From an uncultured delta proteobacterium (GTDB lineage Bacteria > Desulfobacterota > Desulfuromonadia > Geobacterales > DSM-12255), in contig CAWBBV010000016.1 in NCBI GenBank assembly GCA_963787125.1, positions 128,001-192,000 on the forward strand: DNA of 64,000 bases, in the 5' to 3' direction. The notes below the pieces were generated by a model. The model had not been told where the DNA came from. It made no database searches and saw only the letters and a program-made list of their open reading frames with translations. Below, in pieces: positions 59,790-64,000 of this stretch (positions are counted from its first letter, which is position 1; each line of letters begins with the position of its first letter). The position numbers and the translations under genes are program-made.

Positions 59790-60545
59790 ATGCGTCTCTT
59801 TTTCACAGCATTCCAGTTTCTGACGATCATCCCGCTGCCGTTCAGGCTGAATTATCGGGATGGCGACATGGGCAGATCCATGCGCTACTTTCCCCTGGTG
59901 GGACTGACGCTCGGCACGCTGCTGGCGGCTACTCATTACCTGTTGACCTTCATCTTTCCTGAGCAGCTTGTTACGATGCTGCTGGTTGCCCTGTTGGCCG
60001 GGGTTACCGGTGCCATTCACCTTGACGGTCTGGCCGACGTCTTTGACGGTTTCGGCGCCAGGGGGAGCAGAGAGCGGTTTCTTGCCGTAATGAAGGACTC
60101 CAGCACCGGGGCGATCGGCGCAGTCGCCCTCTTTCTCGGGCTGCTGCTCAAATATGAGGCGCTGCTGCTACTCCCTGCCGGAGTAAAGTACGCCGGGATC
60201 ATCACCTTCCCGGCGGTTGCACGTTTTTCCCAGGTTCTGATGACGGTCGGCGCCAGCAGAGCCAGAACTGACGGCCTTGGAGCAGTCATTATTGCCACCG
60301 CCGGAAAAACCGAACTGCTGCTGGCAACACTGACGGTTCTTACCGCAGCGTTCTGTCTGCTCGGCCTTAGCGGCATTGCCTGCTGTCTTATTGTTGCTAT
60401 CTTCTCCCGGCTCGCCAAAGGCTATTTTCAGCGCCGGCTCGGCGGAGTGACCGGTGACATAATCGGCTGCACATCCGAGCTTTCCGAGATTCTGACACTA
60501 TTAACCATTATCGCTTGCAGCGGTAATTTACAGGGATTGCCATGA
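59790..60545 (+). CDS. cobS: Cobamide synthase
   Basis: HLDGLADVFDG, MKDS and GGVTGD motifs. Confidence 0.96.
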   Translation: MRLFFTAFQFLTIIPLPFRLNYRDGDMGRSMRYFPLVGLTLGTLLAATHYLLTFIFPEQLVTMLLVALLAGVTGAIHLDGLADVFDGFGARGSRERFLAVMKDSSTGAIGAVALFLGLLLKYEALLLLPAGVKYAGIITFPAVARFSQVLMTVGASRARTDGLGAVIIATAGKTELLLATLTVLTAAFCLLGLSGIACCLIVAIFSRLAKGYFQRRLGGVTGDIIGCTSELSEILTLLTIIACSGNLQGLP

Positions 60546-61144
60546 CACAGAAAACAAGGATCTACCTGATACGCCACGGACAGGTCGTCGGCCACGAGAA
60601 TCCTTCCTACAACGGCCACGCCGATGTTGCCCTGACTGAATTCGGGGTTTCTCAATATCATCAGCTGCGTGAGCGCCTGGCAGGTGAAGGGATAACGGCC
60701 TGCTACTCCAGCGATCTTTCCCGCTGCGCCATTGGCGCCGCGATAATCTGTAAGTCGCTGGGGATTACGCCGACTCTGGACCCAAGACTCAGAGAACTGA
60801 ATATCGGCATCTGGGAAGGGATGACCTGGTCTGAAATTGTGGAGAAATACCCCGATGAGTGGAGCGGCAGACTGGCGGATATTGTCAACTATCGCGTTCC
60901 TCAAGGGGAGAATCTGCTCGACATGGCAGGCCGCGCCGTACCTGCCCTTAGAGAAATTGTTGCGGCCCACAGGGGCGAGAACGTCCTTATTGTCGGCCAT
61001 GGCGGCATGAACCGGACGCTGCTGCTTGACGCGATCGGTGCCCCCCTCGCGGCGCTTTTCAATATCGCGCAGCAGTACGGCTGTCTCAATATTATCGATT
61101 TTTTCGCTGACGGCAACAGGACTGTTTCTCTTCTGAACGGCTGA
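60542..61144 (+). CDS. cobC: Alpha-ribazole phosphatase
   Basis: LIRHG histidine phosphatase motif; cob context. Confidence 0.9.
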   Translation: MTQKTRIYLIRHGQVVGHENPSYNGHADVALTEFGVSQYHQLRERLAGEGITACYSSDLSRCAIGAAIICKSLGITPTLDPRLRELNIGIWEGMTWSEIVEKYPDEWSGRLADIVNYRVPQGENLLDMAGRAVPALREIVAAHRGENVLIVGHGGMNRTLLLDAIGAPLAALFNIAQQYGCLNIIDFFADGNRTVSLLNG

Positions 61145-61158
61145 AAACGAGGGATATC

Positions 61159-62535
61159 ATGAAATCAATAATTATCGCCGCGCCGGTCAGCGGTTCTGGT
61201 AAAACCACCATTACCATCGGTCTGATGGAGTGCTTGAAAAGAAGGGGTTTGAAGGTCGCCCCATTCAAGGTCGGTCCCGACTTCATCGATCCCGGCTATC
61301 ACAAAATCGTCACCGGCAGGCCGTCATTGAATCTGGACGGCTGGATCTGTTCACCGCACACCGTTCAGGAGATGTTTGCCCTGCACGCTGCGGATGCCGA
61401 TATCGCCGTCATCGAAGGAGTTATGGGCCTCTTTGACGGCATCAGCGGCAGGTCCGACGAAGGGAGCACCGCCCAGATTGCCCGGCTGACCGGAGCTGCG
61501 GTTTTTCTGGTTGTTGACGCCAAAGGATTTGCGCGCAGTATTGCCGCACTGATAAAAGGCTTTGCCGAATTTGATCCCGAAGTGCGGATCAGCGGGGTAA
61601 TCTTCAATAATGTTTCCAGTGAGAGCCATGCCCGGATTCTCAAGGAGGCAGTCGAAGCGTCGCTGCCCTCAATTCATGTGCTCGGCTCCATCCTGCGCGA
61701 CAGCACCCTCCATATCCCTTCACGCCATCTGGGGCTTCTGACTGCCGAAGAGAACGAGCTTTCGCTGCAGTACCTCGATCATCTTGTGGAGGTGATCCGC
61801 AACTCCATCGATCTTGGCACACTCTGGGCAGCGGCGAGCAGCGGCGACCTGTCGGAACTCCATGAGCCAGAGGAGCAGACAGCTGCAGTCGTCAGGCTCG
61901 CCATTGCCCGCGACAAGGCCTTCTGCTTCATGTACGAAAGCAACCTCCAGCTGCTCCGTGATGCCGGGGCCGAATTGGTGGAGTTTTCCCCTTTGACCGA
62001 CGGTGCGCTGCCGGACGGAATCGCCGGGATCTATCTCCCCGGCGGTTATCCGGAAGCGTATGCCGAAGAACTCGCGGCCAACACCGCCATGAAGCTGGCG
62101 CTCAAAAACGCCATTGAGTCCGGCATGCCGACCTATGCAGAGTGCGGCGGCTTCATCTACCTGACCCAAGGGGTGGCCGTCAGCAGTGACGCCGGCGACT
62201 CCCTGCATGAATTTGTCGGCCTGTTCCCGGTGACGACAACTATGCTCAAACAGAGAAAGGCGCTCGGTTACCGGGAGATAAAGCTGCGCGCCAGTTCAAT
62301 TCTCGGCAAAAAGGGGACCGTTGCCAGAGGCCATGAATTTCACTATTCACAGATTGATGAAATGCCGGCAGGGGTTGAGCGGCTATATCAGGTCAGCAAA
62401 GGCCAGAGCGATCTCGGCACCGAGGGTTACCGGTACAAAAACTGCGTAGCCTCCTATATTCATCTCCATTTCGGCAGTAATCCCGGCATGGCAACGGCAT
62501 TTGTAAACAGCTGCATAAAATTCACAGAAAAATAA
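61159..62535 (+). CDS. cbiA: Cobyrinate a,c-diamide synthase
   Basis: SGSGKTT, GPDFIDP, EGVMG, AECGG and GHEFH motifs. Confidence 0.95.
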   Translation: MKSIIIAAPVSGSGKTTITIGLMECLKRRGLKVAPFKVGPDFIDPGYHKIVTGRPSLNLDGWICSPHTVQEMFALHAADADIAVIEGVMGLFDGISGRSDEGSTAQIARLTGAAVFLVVDAKGFARSIAALIKGFAEFDPEVRISGVIFNNVSSESHARILKEAVEASLPSIHVLGSILRDSTLHIPSRHLGLLTAEENELSLQYLDHLVEVIRNSIDLGTLWAAASSGDLSELHEPEEQTAAVVRLAIARDKAFCFMYESNLQLLRDAGAELVEFSPLTDGALPDGIAGIYLPGGYPEAYAEELAANTAMKLALKNAIESGMPTYAECGGFIYLTQGVAVSSDAGDSLHEFVGLFPVTTTMLKQRKALGYREIKLRASSILGKKGTVARGHEFHYSQIDEMPAGVERLYQVSKGQSDLGTEGYRYKNCVASYIHLHFGSNPGMATAFVNSCIKFTEK

Positions 62536-62545
62536 GGGGCGGATT

Positions 62546-63856
62546 TTGGGAACACAGATAGAACTGGCAAGAAAGGGTGTTATTACCCCGCAGATGAAGA
62601 CGGTCGCCTTTGATGAGCAGCTTGAGCCGGAGTATATCCGCCGCATGGTGAGCGAAGGCAAAATCGTCATTCCGTGGAACAATATCCGTAAACCTTTTAA
62701 AATCGCCGGCATCGGCAAAGGTTTAAAAACGAAAGTAAACGCCTCTATCGGCACATCTTCCGACATTGTCGATTACAGCGCCGAGGTCAGAAAAGCTCTG
62801 GCAGCCCAGGAGTCAGGGGCTGATACCCTGATGGAACTCTCTGTCGGCGGAGACCTCGATCGGGTCCGGCGCGAGGTGATCGCGGCAGTCGATCTGCCGG
62901 TCGGCAATGTACCGCTCTATCAGGCTTTCTGCGAGGCGGCGCGGAAATACGGCGACCCCAACAAGCTGGACGAAGAGATGCTCTTTGACATCATCGAGCA
63001 GCAGTGTGCCGACGGCATGGCGTTCATGGCCGTCCACTGCGGCATCAACCTTTACACCATCGAGCGACTCCGCAAGCAGGGCTACCGTTACGGCGGACTG
63101 GTCAGCAAGGGCGGCGTCAGCATGGTCGCCTGGATGCTGGCCAATGGCCGGGAAAACCCGCTCTACGAGAAGTTCGACCGGGTGGTCGCCATCCTGAAAA
63201 GATACGACACGGTGCTCTCACTCGGTAACGGCCTCCGCGCCGGGGCGATTCACGACTCCTCCGACCGGGCCCAGATCCAGGAGCTGCTGATCAACTGTGA
63301 ACTGGCAGAGCTCGGTCGTGACATGGGTTGCCAGATGCTGGTTGAAGGCCCTGGACATGTGCCACTGGACGAAATTGCCGGTAATATCCAGCTGCAAAAA
63401 AGGATGAGCGGCGGCGCCCCCTACTACATGCTCGGCCCGATCGCCACCGATGTCGCCCCCGGTTTCGACCATATAACCGCCGCCATCGGCGCGGCCCAGT
63501 CCAGCAGCCATGGCGCTGACCTGATCTGCTACATCACCCCGGCGGAGCATCTGGCGCTCCCCAATGAAGATGATGTCCGCATGGGGGTGAAAGCCGCTAA
63601 AATCGCCGCCTACATCGGCGACATGAACAAATATCCGGAGAGAGCCCGTGAGCGGGACAAGCAGATGTCAAAAGCGCGCCGCGACCTGGACTGGGAGAAG
63701 CAGTTCAAGCTGGCCCTTTATCCGGAAGATGCCAGGGCGATCCGCGCCAGCCGCACCCCCGAAGATGAGCAGACCTGTACCATGTGCGGCGATTTCTGCG
63801 CTTCACGGGGGGCGACAAAGCTGTTCGCGGGGGATTTGAGTGAAGAAAAGCGATGA
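62546..63856 (+). CDS. bzaF: ThiC-family radical SAM enzyme, probably 5-hydroxybenzimidazole synthase
   Basis: ThiC fold (KVNASIG, EGPGH, PAEHL, CTMCGDFC); last gene of the B12-riboswitch cob operon; TTG start. Confidence 0.75.
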   Translation: MGTQIELARKGVITPQMKTVAFDEQLEPEYIRRMVSEGKIVIPWNNIRKPFKIAGIGKGLKTKVNASIGTSSDIVDYSAEVRKALAAQESGADTLMELSVGGDLDRVRREVIAAVDLPVGNVPLYQAFCEAARKYGDPNKLDEEMLFDIIEQQCADGMAFMAVHCGINLYTIERLRKQGYRYGGLVSKGGVSMVAWMLANGRENPLYEKFDRVVAILKRYDTVLSLGNGLRAGAIHDSSDRAQIQELLINCELAELGRDMGCQMLVEGPGHVPLDEIAGNIQLQKRMSGGAPYYMLGPIATDVAPGFDHITAAIGAAQSSSHGADLICYITPAEHLALPNEDDVRMGVKAAKIAAYIGDMNKYPERARERDKQMSKARRDLDWEKQFKLALYPEDARAIRASRTPEDEQTCTMCGDFCASRGATKLFAGDLSEEKR

Positions 63857-64000
63857 TTGTTTAATCCGAATATTACTTGCATTTTCCGGTGCTTAAACAG
63901 TATATTCAATATCAATAATTGACTTTCAATAATTGAATCGGAATAGGCCATGAACCCTTTTGGATTAGGCATTGTAGCCCGTAATCGCTTTTGTAACAGA

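Noticed and set aside
59012..59830. 272-aa minus-strand ORF
   Set aside because: Antisense shadow of cobT.

Overview
64 kb of a Geobacteraceae-like deltaproteobacterial chromosome; the taxon is inferred from gene content and repeat style. Most of the window is housekeeping: a leucine/isovalerate catabolic operon (liu) with LiuR-like boxes, ActP symporter, TPP riboswitch-thiSGE, SAM-I riboswitch-metX, ispB/tlpA/ccdA, an M16 peptidase pair, hypAB, a sigma54 two-component system, and a B12 riboswitch-cobUTSC-cbiA-bzaF operon. Two accessory regions stand out. (1) At 1-4210 is a nested mobile-element hotspot. A group II intron with an apparently non-canonical GAAAGCG 5' end and an IS110-family element with a readable bridge-RNA-like right end have inserted into opposite arms of one small palindrome, and both RNA guides spell the same target, TAACAACGTCC. 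Next to this lie a cassette-like gene, an attI-like site with direct repeats and, where an integron integrase would be expected, a 115-aa protein with its own strong promoter. (2) At ~32.5-43.8 kb is a DUF499-DUF3780-DUF1156 methylase-PLD/SNF2 helicase putative anti-phage island, interrupted by a toxin-antitoxin pair bracketed by heptamer inverted repeats. Other oddities are a 5'-3' exonuclease-RNase HI fusion, a catalytically degenerate tyrosine recombinase coupled to hypAB, and a family of 9-mer-based intergenic palindromes. All calls come from reading the sequence by eye; no searches or folding were run.
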